NCBI GenBank assembly: GCA_017442785.1
Contig: JAFRZB010000038.1
Coordinates: 79,416-143,415 of the forward strand
Source of the DNA: Bacillota bacterium
Lineage (GTDB): Bacteria; Bacillota; Clostridia; Peptostreptococcales; Anaerovoracaceae
Direction of reading: 5' to 3'
Length of the DNA stretch: 64,000 nt
Shown: positions 45,749 to 55,696 of the stretch, in pieces
Layout of the letters: the number at the start of each line of letters is the position of its first letter
How positions within the stretch are numbered: position 1 is the first letter of the stretch
The notes under the pieces: model-generated
Told to the model about the DNA's origin: nothing
What the model saw: the letters and a program-made list of their open reading frames with translations, nothing else
Database searches by the model: none
Translations under genes and position numbers: made by a program

Positions 45749-45835
45749 TATTTTTTTACCTCCTACTAACCATCTCGCCATTGCAGGCAGCCAAAGGCAT
45801 TTGAAAACAAGCCTGATCTGAGCGGCAACATTGGA

Positions 45836-45864
45836 ATGATACCACGCAGAACAAGGCTTGTCAA
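45836..45864 (-). promoter_or_regulatory. Putative sigma-A promoter of rplU-rpmA-obg, followed by an untranslated leader of about 85 nt
   Basis: On the minus strand: TTGACA (45864-45859), 17-nt spacer, TATCAT (45841-45836). The leader might correspond to an L21-leader type element, but I could not verify a fold. Confidence 0.5.
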
Positions 45865-45883
45865 ATGTTTTTTTCTATAGTTT

Positions 45884-46960
<1,077 letters not shown>

Positions 46961-46975
46961 TTCGACCTCCGTAAA

Positions 46976-46987
46976 GAACAAATGTTC
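46976..46987. promoter_or_regulatory. LexA (Cheo/SOS) box of recA, GAACAAATGTTC
   Basis: Perfect GAAC-N4-GTTC between the -10 and the recA ATG, overlapping the expected transcription start. Confidence 0.8.
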
Positions 46988-46994
46988 TACTGCA

Positions 46995-47023
46995 AGTATA
47001 CCCCACGTACCGCACCGAGTCAA
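46995..47023 (-). promoter_or_regulatory. Putative sigma-A promoter of recA
   Basis: On the minus strand: TTGACT (47023-47018), 17-nt spacer, TATACT (47000-46995). Confidence 0.65.
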
Positions 47024-47059
47024 GCGTTTTTCATAAAAATGTTAGCATCCGGGAAAGGC

Positions 47060-48304
47060 TCAGTCAATGCTTCTGAGTATATTGTATACCATTTTAGTCA
47101 TTTCGGTGCACGCAAGGGAACGCACGTCGTCCCTTGTCTTGCGCCTTGCCATGAACTCCCTGACCGTCACCTTGCCGTCGTACATTATGCCGACGAAGAA
47201 CTGCCCCACAGGCTTGCCCTCGTCCGCGTCCGGACCGGCGTTCCCCGTCACCGATACGCATACTGAAGCGCCGCTGTAAAGACTGAGTCCCCTGACCATC
47301 TCCTCAGCGGTCTGCGCGCTTATCGCTCCGTACTTTTCAAGAGTCTCCGGGGACACGTCAAGCTCGGAGATCTTGGCGGCGTTGCTGTAGGTGACTACTC
47401 CCCTCTGGAAGACCTTTGAGGCTCCGGGAATGTCAGTTATCAGCTTGGCGAACATGCCGCCGGTAATGGACTCGGCGCTTGCAAGAGTAAGCCCCTTCTT
47501 CTTCATCATGTCCAGAACTACTGAAAGAAGCTCCCTGTCCTCCTCGCTGTAGATGTACTCCCCTACCAGCTTCCTGATCTTTACCATGCACTCTTCCACG
47601 GCATCCTGAGCCTCTTTGAGAGTGGGCCTCTTGGAAGCCACCCTGAAGGAGCATTCGAATGTCTTGGCGTAGGTGGCTATGGTGGGATCCGTCTGACCGT
47701 CGATAAGGTCCATGAGCTTCATCTCAAGGTCGGACTCGCCTATGCCTATGGTCCTTACTATCTTATAGTACAGGTAACCGTCCTCGTGGGAGCTGAGCTT
47801 CGGGGCCACATAGTCCAGGAACATGGGCTTGTTCTCCCTGGGCGGCCCGGGAAGCACGTATATGTGCCTTTTGCCGTCGGTAAGATAGAAGCCGGGGGCG
47901 GTGCCGTTAGGATTGGGAAGCACCTCGCTGCCCTCGGGAAGCCAGGCCTGCTTTATGTTGTTGGGGGCCATCACCCTGTTCTGCGCGGCAAACCATGAGG
48001 TAAGTATCTCAAGCTGCTCTGCGTCCTCCTTAAGCGGCACGCCGAAGAACTCGGCTATGGTCTCCTTGGTAAGATCGTCCTCTGTAGGCCCGAGGCCTCC
48101 GGTGGTAATGACAATGTCGCAGTCCTCAAAGGAGGTCTCAAGAGCCCTCAGGAGCCTGCCGCGGTTGTCACCCACGGTAATGTGCCTCAGAACATCTACG
48201 CCCAGCATGTTGAGCTGACGGGAGAGGAATACGGAATTGGTATTGACTATGCTTCCGAACAGTATCTCTGTTCCTATGGTAAGTAATGTCGCTCTCATAC
48301 GCAC
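47060..48304 (-). CDS. cinA: Competence/damage-inducible protein CinA (MoCF-binding domain plus PncC nicotinamide-nucleotide amidase domain)
   Basis: 414 aa; TIGTEILFG.IVNTN...LS..L..LG, TTGGLGPT.DD.T, and a C-terminal AESITGG......T...G.S..F..G.V.YSN..K. Confidence 0.92.
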   Translation of the reverse strand: MRMRATLLTIGTEILFGSIVNTNSVFLSRQLNMLGVDVLRHITVGDNRGRLLRALETSFEDCDIVITTGGLGPTEDDLTKETIAEFFGVPLKEDAEQLEILTSWFAAQNRVMAPNNIKQAWLPEGSEVLPNPNGTAPGFYLTDGKRHIYVLPGPPRENKPMFLDYVAPKLSSHEDGYLYYKIVRTIGIGESDLEMKLMDLIDGQTDPTIATYAKTFECSFRVASKRPTLKEAQDAVEECMVKIRKLVGEYIYSEEDRELLSVVLDMMKKKGLTLASAESITGGMFAKLITDIPGASKVFQRGVVTYSNAAKISELDVSPETLEKYGAISAQTAEEMVRGLSLYSGASVCVSVTGNAGPDADEGKPVGQFFVGIMYDGKVTVREFMARRKTRDDVRSLACTEMTKMVYNILRSID

Positions 48305-48847
48305 CTACATCGAAAAAACGTTCTTGTTCTTTATTATGTACTCCGCTCCGGAGACTATGGTCATGACCAGCGATGCCCAGAGCAGCACCTTTCCGATTAT
48401 GTCCAGAGCCTTTGCGTACGGCGCAAGGAGCAGGAATATCACCGCGAACATCTGAAGGACGGTCTTGATCTTTCCTGTCATCCCGGCAGCAACTACCGTT
48501 CCCTGGGAAGCGGCTACCGTCCTCATTCCCGACACGGCGAACTCCCTTGCGAGGATTATTATCAGCATCCAGCCCGGCATCACGCCCTTCTCGATGAAAA
48601 GGCAGAACGCCGCGTAGACCAGCACCTTGTCTGCAAGCGGATCCATTATCTTTCCGAAGTTGGTGACCAGATTGCGGCTGCGCGCTATCCTTCCGTCCAG
48701 CATGTCCGTTATGGAAGCGATGACGAAAACTATGCACGCCCAGAGGTTGAGATCCAGATAATACAGGACCACGAATATGGGTACGCATATTACTCTTGCT
48801 ATAGTCAGTTTGTTTGGCAGATTCACAGCTCCACCGCCTTTCCGCAA
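48305..48847 (-). CDS. pgsA: CDP-diacylglycerol--glycerol-3-phosphate 3-phosphatidyltransferase
   Basis: NLPNKLTIARV, and D..DG..AR.......FGK..DP.ADK (the CDP-alcohol phosphatidyltransferase motif). The start is uncertain: either TTG 48847, or GTG 48826 in GTGA overlap with the rimO stop. Confidence 0.9.
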   Translation of the reverse strand: MRKGGGAVNLPNKLTIARVICVPIFVVLYYLDLNLWACIVFVIASITDMLDGRIARSRNLVTNFGKIMDPLADKVLVYAAFCLFIEKGVMPGWMLIIILAREFAVSGMRTVAASQGTVVAAGMTGKIKTVLQMFAVIFLLLAPYAKALDIIGKVLLWASLVMTIVSGAEYIIKNKNVFSM

Positions 48848-50136
48848 AGATCGTAATCGAAGGCATCTGTTATTTCCACGTCCACGATGTCACCGGGCCT
48901 GATGCCCTGCGGTCCGGTGAACAGCACGTTATTGTCTATATCGGGAGCGTCCATGGGAGATCTTCCGATGAAGCTTCCGTCTTCGTCTATCTCCTCGACG
49001 AGGACAGGAAGAGTCCTTCCTATGAAAGCCAGGTTATGCTCAAGGGATATGCGCTGCTGCTCGGACATTATCCTGTCATAGCGCCTCTGCTTTATGTCGG
49101 ACCTTATCTGTCCCTTCATCTCCGCGGCCTTTGTTCCCTCTTCCTTGGAGTATGTGAATACGCCCAGCCTGTCGAACTTCGTACCCCTTACGAAGTCCAG
49201 AAGCTCATTGAACTGCTCCTTTGTCTCTCCGGGGTAACCTACTATAAGAGTGGTCCTGATGGTTATATTCGGAACTTCTTTACGTAATGTTGTTATGGTA
49301 TTTCTTATGGAAGCACTCGTGGACTTGCGGTTCATGGACCTTAAGATCTCGTCATTGCAGTGCTGGATGGGTATGTCTATGTACTTGCAGATCTTTTTGT
49401 TGTCCCTTATCTCCCTTATGAGGCCTTCGCTTATCTCGTCCTCATAGCAGTACATGAGGCGTATCCACTCTATGCCTTCTATGGCGCTGAGCTTTCTGAG
49501 AAGCCCCGGAAGAGCGTCCTTAAGCCCGAGGTCCCTTCCGTAGAACGTAACGTCCTGCGCGATGATCACAAGCTCCCTGCAGCCTTCAGCGGCAAGCTGC
49601 CGCGCCTCGGCGAGGATGTCCTCCTCCCTCCTGCTCCTGTACTTTCCCCTTATGGACGGGATTATGCAGTAGCTGCAGACATTGCTGCAGCCTTCGGCTA
49701 TCTTTATGGATCTGGTCCAGGGCTGCGTCGTGAGCTTTCTTGCGCCGAGCTCCTTGTACTGGGCACCGCACTGCCCTGCGAACACTCTGCCGGATGCGGC
49801 CCCCGCGATTATCTCCGGAAGTCTGTCGTAATCGTTTACGCCCAGGATGTAGTCCGCCTCCGGAAGGTCCTTTTCCAGCTCTGCGGCATACCTTTGGGTA
49901 AGACAGCCGGACACTATCAGAGGCCTGTCTCCCTTTATCTGCGCTATGTCAAAAATAGTCTGTATCGACTGTTCCTTGGCGTCCTTTATGAACCCGCAGG
50001 TGTTTACCAGGAATACGTCCGCCTCATCCGGGTCTTCCGTTATAACACAGCCCGAATCTGTAAGAATACGGGCTGCGTTCTCTGAATCCACTGTGTTTTT
50101 TTCGCACCCGAGGGTGCTTATCATTACCTTTTTCAA
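48823..50136 (-). CDS. rimO: Ribosomal protein uS12 methylthiotransferase RimO
   Basis: 437 aa with the UPF0004 domain (STLGCEKN..DSE), radical SAM motif EGCSNVCSYCIIP, and a C-terminal TRAM domain. It occupies the ftsK-rimO-pgsA-cinA-recA context. Confidence 0.9.
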   Translation of the reverse strand: MKKVMISTLGCEKNTVDSENAARILTDSGCVITEDPDEADVFLVNTCGFIKDAKEQSIQTIFDIAQIKGDRPLIVSGCLTQRYAAELEKDLPEADYILGVNDYDRLPEIIAGAASGRVFAGQCGAQYKELGARKLTTQPWTRSIKIAEGCSNVCSYCIIPSIRGKYRSRREEDILAEARQLAAEGCRELVIIAQDVTFYGRDLGLKDALPGLLRKLSAIEGIEWIRLMYCYEDEISEGLIREIRDNKKICKYIDIPIQHCNDEILRSMNRKSTSASIRNTITTLRKEVPNITIRTTLIVGYPGETKEQFNELLDFVRGTKFDRLGVFTYSKEEGTKAAEMKGQIRSDIKQRRYDRIMSEQQRISLEHNLAFIGRTLPVLVEEIDEDGSFIGRSPMDAPDIDNNVLFTGPQGIRPGDIVDVEITDAFDYDLCGKAVEL

Positions 50137-52817
50137 TCTAACAGATCCTCAACAGGTGCATCGTCTTCGCTTGCCATTGCCTCAAGGCGCTGGAACTCAG
50201 CAAGAGTCATCAGGACCTTCCTTGGGCGGGCGCCGTCCGGAGGCCCTACTATGCCGCGCTCCTCCATCAGATCCACGAGCCTCGCGGCGCGGTTGTAGCC
50301 TATCCTGAAGCGCCTCTGCAGCATGGATACGGAGCACTGCTCCGCCTTCACGACTGTCTCTATGGCATCGGTAAGGAGATCGTCCTCCTCGCCCTCCTCC
50401 GACGCGGCTGCGGGGCCTACGCCGGCGTTGTTCATGGCATGGATGACGTCCTCGTTGTAGTTGGCCACCTGATACTGCTGCTTTACGAAGTCTATGACGT
50501 TCCTTACTTCATTGTCCGAGACGAAACAGCCCTGGACGCGCAGCGGCTTGCTTATGCTCTGCGGTCCGTAGAGCATGTCGCCCTTGCCGAGAAGATGCTC
50601 GGCTCCGCCTACGTCCAGTATTACCCTGGAGTCTGTCTGTGAGGACACGGCGAAGGCTATCCTTGAGGGGATGTTTGCCTTTATCACGCCTGTGATGACG
50701 TCCGTAGACGGCCTCTGGGTAGCAACTATCAGGTGCATGCCTGCCGCACGCGCCTTCTGGGCTATCCTGCAGATGGAGTCTTCAACTGTATTCTTTGCAG
50801 TCATTATGAGCTCGGCCAGCTCGTCGATTATTATGACTATCTGCGGAAGGACCTTGTCCTCCTCGCCGTTGGCCCTTACGGTCTCGTTGTAGGACTGAAG
50901 ATCCCTTACGCTCTCGGCCGCGAACTTGTTGTAGCGGTCGTTCATCTCGGATACCGCCCAGCCCAGAGCCGCGGATGCCTTTGCGGCGTCGGTCACGACA
51001 GGTATCATCAGATGCGGGATGCCGTTGTAGATGCTGAGCTCTACCACCTTCGGGTCTATGAGTATGAGCTTTACCTCCTCCGGCGCTGCCTTGTAGAGAA
51101 GACTTATGATCATGCTGTTTATGCAGACGGACTTGCCGGAACCGGTGGAGCCTGCCACGAGCAGATGCGGCATGGACTTAAGGTCCGCCACTATGGAGTC
51201 GCCTCCTATGCTCCTTCCTATCGCCACGGTGATCTTGGACTTGCTCTGCTTGAATTCCTGAGACTCTATGATCTCCCTGAGAGTTACTGTGGAGATGGTG
51301 TCGTTGGACACCTCTATGCCCACAGCGGCCTTGCCGGGTATCGGCGCCTCTATCCTGAGGCTCTTTGCCCTGAGGTTTAAGGCGAGGTCGTCGTGCAGGG
51401 CGGCTATCTTGGATACCTTTACGCCTGTCGCGGGCTGGACCTCGAACCTTGTTACGGCGGGGCCTCTTACCACGTCAATGACGCTGGCGGATACGCCGAA
51501 GCTTGCCAGAGTATCCTCCAAAAGCCTTGCCTGCTCCTGAGTGCTCTGGAGCGATGAACCGCTCTTTCCCGAGCCCTTGCTTAGCAGCTCCACGGACGGA
51601 TATATGTAATTGGATACAGGCTGCTTGGGAGAGCTCTGAAGCTCCTTTCCGACAGCCTCGTCGGCCTTTTTGCGGTCCTCGGCTGAGACCTCGGAAGCCT
51701 TCCTCTGCCTTGTCTGAACCGGCTTTTCCTCCGGTTCAGGCTCCTTTACCGCAGCGGCTGTCTGAGCGGAGACGTCAGGTCTCTTCTGAGATCCGCTTCC
51801 GCTGAAGAGATCGTCGTCCATTACCATGTCCAGCACCTTCTGCTGGTTCTCGGTAATACCCTCAACTACGAGGCGTTGCTTTTCGGGAGTCTTAAGGCCT
51901 ATGTCCTCGGGGGTGAACCTGTTGACCGGAGCAGACTCTTCAGCAGGAGCCTTCTCGGACTCGGACTGGTCGTGGAAGTTCTTTACGGGAGCCATGTCCA
52001 GCTTGGGCAGATTGTCCGTATCCACCTTCTGCTGCACCTCTCTTGGGGTCTTAAGACCGGTAATGGTGGCCGCAGCGGCAGCTCTGGAGGTCTCTTCGGT
52101 CTTCTTTGCCTTAAGAGCCTCCTCTTCCCTGATCTTCCTTTCCTCTTCCTTCTTCTCGTTCTTCTCGCGCTCTATCTCGTCCAGCTTCTGCTGTTCTTCT
52201 CTTGCAAGCTCCCTTGCCTCTTTGCGCGCCTTCCTCTTTATCTTGGCGTTGTCTATGAGCGAAGAGAGAGGTGTGTTGAGTATGAGCAGCAGCGAGATTA
52301 TGACGCCCGCGGCGCCCACTATGTAAAGGCCCATCTCGCCGATGAGGTTCTTTATGAAGCCTCCGGCGTATACGCCTACTATTCCGCCTCCGTCCGTGCC
52401 CATAGCGTAGACGTCCTTAAAGCTCATGGCGAAATCGTAGTGAGCCACGCCCTTAAGAGGCGCCTTGAAATTGGCCACTATGCACGTGAGCAGCACGAAC
52501 AGTATCACTACGGCTATGATCGAGCTTACCGTAACATATGACGTACGCTGTGCGAATATCAGCACGCCGTATACTATCAGGAAGAACGGCAGAATGTACG
52601 AAATGAAGCCCAGAAGCCCGCTCAAAAAGGTCTTGACCGCAGCGCCGACAGCCCCAGTGGTATTCGTGAACATGCTGATCACGAGGAAAAGACCTATGGC
52701 TATCACGATGACGGCTATGATCTCATCCTTTACCTTTTTCTTTTTCCTTAAAGCCTCGGCTTTCTTTTCGGCGGCTATCCTCTGCTTTTCCTTTTCCTCT
52801 TTTGATAATCTTGGCAT
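50133..52817 (-). CDS. ftsK: DNA translocase FtsK/SpoIIIE
   Basis: 894 aa with N-terminal TM helices, a long charged linker, a motor domain (GSTGSGKSVCIN, IIIDELAEL, ATQRPS) and a C-terminal gamma winged helix (S.S.LQRRFRIGYNRAARL.D.ME..GIVGP). Confidence 0.95.
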   Translation of the reverse strand: MPRLSKEEKEKQRIAAEKKAEALRKKKKVKDEIIAVIVIAIGLFLVISMFTNTTGAVGAAVKTFLSGLLGFISYILPFFLIVYGVLIFAQRTSYVTVSSIIAVVILFVLLTCIVANFKAPLKGVAHYDFAMSFKDVYAMGTDGGGIVGVYAGGFIKNLIGEMGLYIVGAAGVIISLLLILNTPLSSLIDNAKIKRKARKEARELAREEQQKLDEIEREKNEKKEEERKIREEEALKAKKTEETSRAAAAATITGLKTPREVQQKVDTDNLPKLDMAPVKNFHDQSESEKAPAEESAPVNRFTPEDIGLKTPEKQRLVVEGITENQQKVLDMVMDDDLFSGSGSQKRPDVSAQTAAAVKEPEPEEKPVQTRQRKASEVSAEDRKKADEAVGKELQSSPKQPVSNYIYPSVELLSKGSGKSGSSLQSTQEQARLLEDTLASFGVSASVIDVVRGPAVTRFEVQPATGVKVSKIAALHDDLALNLRAKSLRIEAPIPGKAAVGIEVSNDTISTVTLREIIESQEFKQSKSKITVAIGRSIGGDSIVADLKSMPHLLVAGSTGSGKSVCINSMIISLLYKAAPEEVKLILIDPKVVELSIYNGIPHLMIPVVTDAAKASAALGWAVSEMNDRYNKFAAESVRDLQSYNETVRANGEEDKVLPQIVIIIDELAELIMTAKNTVEDSICRIAQKARAAGMHLIVATQRPSTDVITGVIKANIPSRIAFAVSSQTDSRVILDVGGAEHLLGKGDMLYGPQSISKPLRVQGCFVSDNEVRNVIDFVKQQYQVANYNEDVIHAMNNAGVGPAAASEEGEEDDLLTDAIETVVKAEQCSVSMLQRRFRIGYNRAARLVDLMEERGIVGPPDGARPRKVLMTLAEFQRLEAMASEDDAPVEDLLD

Positions 52818-52917
52818 TTCAAGCCTCCTTTTAAATCAATATATTATACCATACCCGCATAAAAAATACATCCATAAATAACGGGCAAAGAAACATTTGT
52901 TTTTGTGATTTTACCAC

Positions 52918-52946
52918 TTAACAATCTCGGAAAATTTGTGTATAAT
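52918..52946 (+). promoter_or_regulatory. Putative sigma-A promoter of asd
   Basis: TTAACA (52918-52923), 17-nt spacer, TATAAT (52941-52946). AGGAG precedes the ATG at 52978. Confidence 0.5.
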
Positions 52947-52977
52947 AGTTAAAATCAATTTTTGAAACAAACAGGAG

Positions 52978-53985
52978 ATGAATATCATGACAAGAAAACC
53001 TAATCTGGCAGTAGTAGGTGCGACAGGCCTTGTAGGCTCCACCTTCCTTAAGGTCCTTGAGGAAAGAGATTTCCCGTTCGAGAACCTTTACCTTATGGCA
53101 AGCTCCAAGTCCGCAGGAAAGACTGTCACCTTCAGAGGCAAGGACTACATAGTGGAAGAGCTCAACGAGCATTCCTTCGATAAACCGATAGACATAGCTC
53201 TGTTCTCCGCAGGCGGCGGAACATCCGAGAAGTACTCCCCCATCGCCGCTGCTCACGGCTGCACCGTAGTGGACAACAGCAGCGCATGGCGCATGGATCC
53301 CGAAGTTCCTCTTGTGGTCCCCGAGGTAAACCCGGACGAGATCTGGAAGAACAAGGGAATAATCGCCAACCCGAACTGCTCCACCATCCAGGCTATGCTT
53401 CCGATAAAGGCTCTGCACGACGCATATAAGGTCAAGAGGATAGTTTACAACACCTACCAGGCCGTATCCGGCGCCGGAATGAAGGGCCTTTCTGACCTTG
53501 CGGAAGGGCTCAAGGGCAACGACCAGTGCAAGGCATTCGCCCATCCGATAGTAGGCAACGTCCTGCCCCACATAGATGTCTTCCTCGACAACGGCTACAC
53601 CAAGGAAGAGATGAAGATGATCAACGAGACCCACAAGATACTCGGAGACGACAGCATCAGAGTCACGGCCACCACCGTACGCGTTCCCGTGCGCTGCAGC
53701 CACAGCGAGTCCATCAACCTTGAGTTCGAAAAGCCGTTCGACCTTGACGAGGCGCGTGAGCTGCTCAGGAATTTCCCGGGCATAGTAGTTCAGGACGATC
53801 CCAAGAACGCCGTTTATCCTCTCGCCCGCGAGGCCGAAGGCAAGGACGAGGTATTCGTAGGCCGCATCCGCAGAGACTTCTCCGTTGAAAGCGGAATGAA
53901 CCTCTGGGTAGTAGCCGACAACATCAGAAAAGGCGCAGCCACCAACGCGGTGCAGATCGCCGAGAAGCTGCTCGAAAGACTGTAA
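52978..53985 (+). CDS. asd: Aspartate-semialdehyde dehydrogenase
   Basis: 335 aa; VVGATGLVGS, active site NPNCSTIQ, and VRVPV..SHSESI. Confidence 0.94.
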   Translation: MNIMTRKPNLAVVGATGLVGSTFLKVLEERDFPFENLYLMASSKSAGKTVTFRGKDYIVEELNEHSFDKPIDIALFSAGGGTSEKYSPIAAAHGCTVVDNSSAWRMDPEVPLVVPEVNPDEIWKNKGIIANPNCSTIQAMLPIKALHDAYKVKRIVYNTYQAVSGAGMKGLSDLAEGLKGNDQCKAFAHPIVGNVLPHIDVFLDNGYTKEEMKMINETHKILGDDSIRVTATTVRVPVRCSHSESINLEFEKPFDLDEARELLRNFPGIVVQDDPKNAVYPLAREAEGKDEVFVGRIRRDFSVESGMNLWVVADNIRKGAATNAVQIAEKLLERL

Positions 53986-54078
53986 GCGATCTGAAGTTCA
54001 GCTGCTCCAAAGTACAGACTGATCAGGCCGGATGTATCCATCAGGAGCCGGGTTACGGATGTAACAGTGAGACCGAAG

Positions 54079-54125
54079 CGCTCACGGGACAGAATAGACG
54101 CTGTTCCGTGAGCGGTTTTATTTCC
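54079..54125 (+). terminator. Rho-independent terminator after asd
   Basis: CGCTCACGGGACAG (54079-54092) pairs with CTGTTCCGTGAGCG (54101-54114), 14 bp with one G-U pair, then GTTTTATTT. Confidence 0.75.
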
Positions 54126-54133
54126 CGGGGAAT

Positions 54134-55093
54134 ATGCACAGACCGGCGGATATCATCATGAAGAAGAACACATCATCCAAAACGATAACCGGAAAAGAAT
54201 ACGAAAAGACTGCAACAAGGGTCTCATGGGTGAGCATAATCGGCAACAGCGCCCTCTCGCTCATCAAGCTCCTTGCAGGCATAATCGCTCATTCGGGCGC
54301 CATGATAAGCGACGCCGTGCATTCGGCATCGGATGTTTTCAGCACGATAATCGTAATGATAGGAGTCAAGATCTCCGCGCGCGACGCAGACGAGGATCAT
54401 CCCTACGGACACGAGCGCTTCGAGTGCGTGGCGGCGATACTGCTCTCCGCAGTCCTTGCCGTTACTGGTCTTATGATAGGAAGGAGCGCAGTGCTGTCGA
54501 TCATCGAACGCGAGACTTCTGACATAACGGTCCCCGGGCTTCCCGCCCTTATAGCCGCTGCCGTATCCATAATCTGCAAGGAAGCGATGTACTGGTATAC
54601 CAGGCATTACGCCCTGCTCCTGGATTCAGGCGCACTCATGGCCAGCGCCTGGCATCACCGCAGCGACGCCCTCTCTTCCATAGGCGCGCTCATAGGAATA
54701 GCCGGGGCCCGCATGGGATACCCCGTCCTTGAACCTATAGCGAGCCTGGTGATATGCATATTCATCCTCAAGGCTGCCATAGACATCTTCCGCGATGCCA
54801 TGAGAAGGATGGTGGACCGCTCCAGCGACAGCGCCACCGAGGAGAGCATACGCCGCTGCGTGCTCTCGCAGGACAATGTTCTGGGCATAGACCTGCTCCA
54901 GACGAGGGAGTTCGGAAGCAGGATATACGTTGATCTTGAGATCACGGCGGACGCGGACCTTACGCTGCGCGAGAGCCACAGGATAGCCGAGAACGTTCAT
55001 GATGCCATAGAAAAAAACTTCCCCAAGGTAAAGCATGTGATGATACATGTCAACCCCGGGGAATGTGATAAGACTGATACTGTTAAAAACTGA
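54134..55093 (+). CDS. Cation diffusion facilitator (CDF) family metal efflux transporter
   Basis: 319 aa; SALSLIKLLAGIIAHSGAMISDAVHSASD, H...D in TM5 (AWHHRSDAL), and a C-terminal cytoplasmic domain. An alternative start is ATG 54158. Confidence 0.88.
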   Translation: MHRPADIIMKKNTSSKTITGKEYEKTATRVSWVSIIGNSALSLIKLLAGIIAHSGAMISDAVHSASDVFSTIIVMIGVKISARDADEDHPYGHERFECVAAILLSAVLAVTGLMIGRSAVLSIIERETSDITVPGLPALIAAAVSIICKEAMYWYTRHYALLLDSGALMASAWHHRSDALSSIGALIGIAGARMGYPVLEPIASLVICIFILKAAIDIFRDAMRRMVDRSSDSATEESIRRCVLSQDNVLGIDLLQTREFGSRIYVDLEITADADLTLRESHRIAENVHDAIEKNFPKVKHVMIHVNPGECDKTDTVKN

Positions 55094-55678
55094 TTATTTG
55101 TTCAGGGCCTCTGCGACCTTATTCCTTAAGTCCTCCAGCGTTCCGTCATTATAGATGACGACGTCCGCCTTCCTGATCTTTTCCTCTTCCGGAAGCTGGC
55201 TGGCCATGCGCTCGAGGACCTGCTCCCTGGAAAGCCCGTCTCTCTTCATTATCCTTGCTATGCGGGTCTCAAGGTCTGCGGCTACCACCCATACCCTGTC
55301 CACAAAGTGCTCCCTGTTCGTCTCAAAAAGCGCGGGGGCATCGAAGAAGACCTTGGAATACAGGCGTTTTGAGCCTGCTTCATCCAGCGCCTTCCTGAAG
55401 CGCGTATCCAGTGCCTCTCTCATGAGCTCGTTGAGCTTTGCAAGCTTTTCCTTATTTCCGAAGACTATGCTTCCGAGCTTCTTTCTTATGAGCTCGCCGT
55501 TTTCATCCAGGATGTCCGCACCGAAGGTCTCGGCAAGGACGTCCAGCACGGGAGAGCCCTTTGCGGTAACTTCTCTTGCTATTATGTCCGCGTCCACTAC
55601 CTCACAGCCGAATTCTCTGAGGTAATCCGCCACCGTGGTCTTTCCGGACCCGGTGCCGCCTGTAAGTCCGTATACCAT
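55094..55678 (-). CDS. coaE: Dephospho-CoA kinase
   Basis: 194 aa; GLTGGTGSGKTTV P-loop and DADIIAREV. Its stop codon abuts the stop codon of the convergent CDF gene with no intervening base. Confidence 0.92.
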   Translation of the reverse strand: MVYGLTGGTGSGKTTVADYLREFGCEVVDADIIAREVTAKGSPVLDVLAETFGADILDENGELIRKKLGSIVFGNKEKLAKLNELMREALDTRFRKALDEAGSKRLYSKVFFDAPALFETNREHFVDRVWVVAADLETRIARIMKRDGLSREQVLERMASQLPEEEKIRKADVVIYNDGTLEDLRNKVAEALNK

Positions 55679-55696
55679 GCCCTGCTCCTTTCTCTG

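Noticed and set aside
46961-47023. N-terminal extensions suggested by the ORF track: recA from 47023, nadD from 9165, xseA from 18570, polA from 59551, yebC from 60444, rplU from 45781, the LysM gene from 31335, the FAD gene from 34482, and TIGR03960 from 43856.
   Set aside because: In each case an internal ATG with a proper Shine-Dalgarno, or a start-stop overlap, matches the conserved family N-terminus. The extensions would run through promoters, operators or upstream genes.
51600-52300. Low-complexity, charge-rich coding region that generates several overlapping ORF calls on both strands.
   Set aside because: It corresponds to the poorly conserved Lys/Glu/Pro-rich linker of FtsK between the membrane domain and the motor domain. 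The alternative ORFs are compositional artefacts.
52891-52902. AAACATTTGTTT between ftsK and asd, which resembles LexA box 2.
   Set aside because: Both half-sites deviate from GAAC/GTTC (AAAC and GTTT). The region is simply AT-rich divergent promoter DNA. It is not strong enough to call an SOS operator for ftsK or asd.
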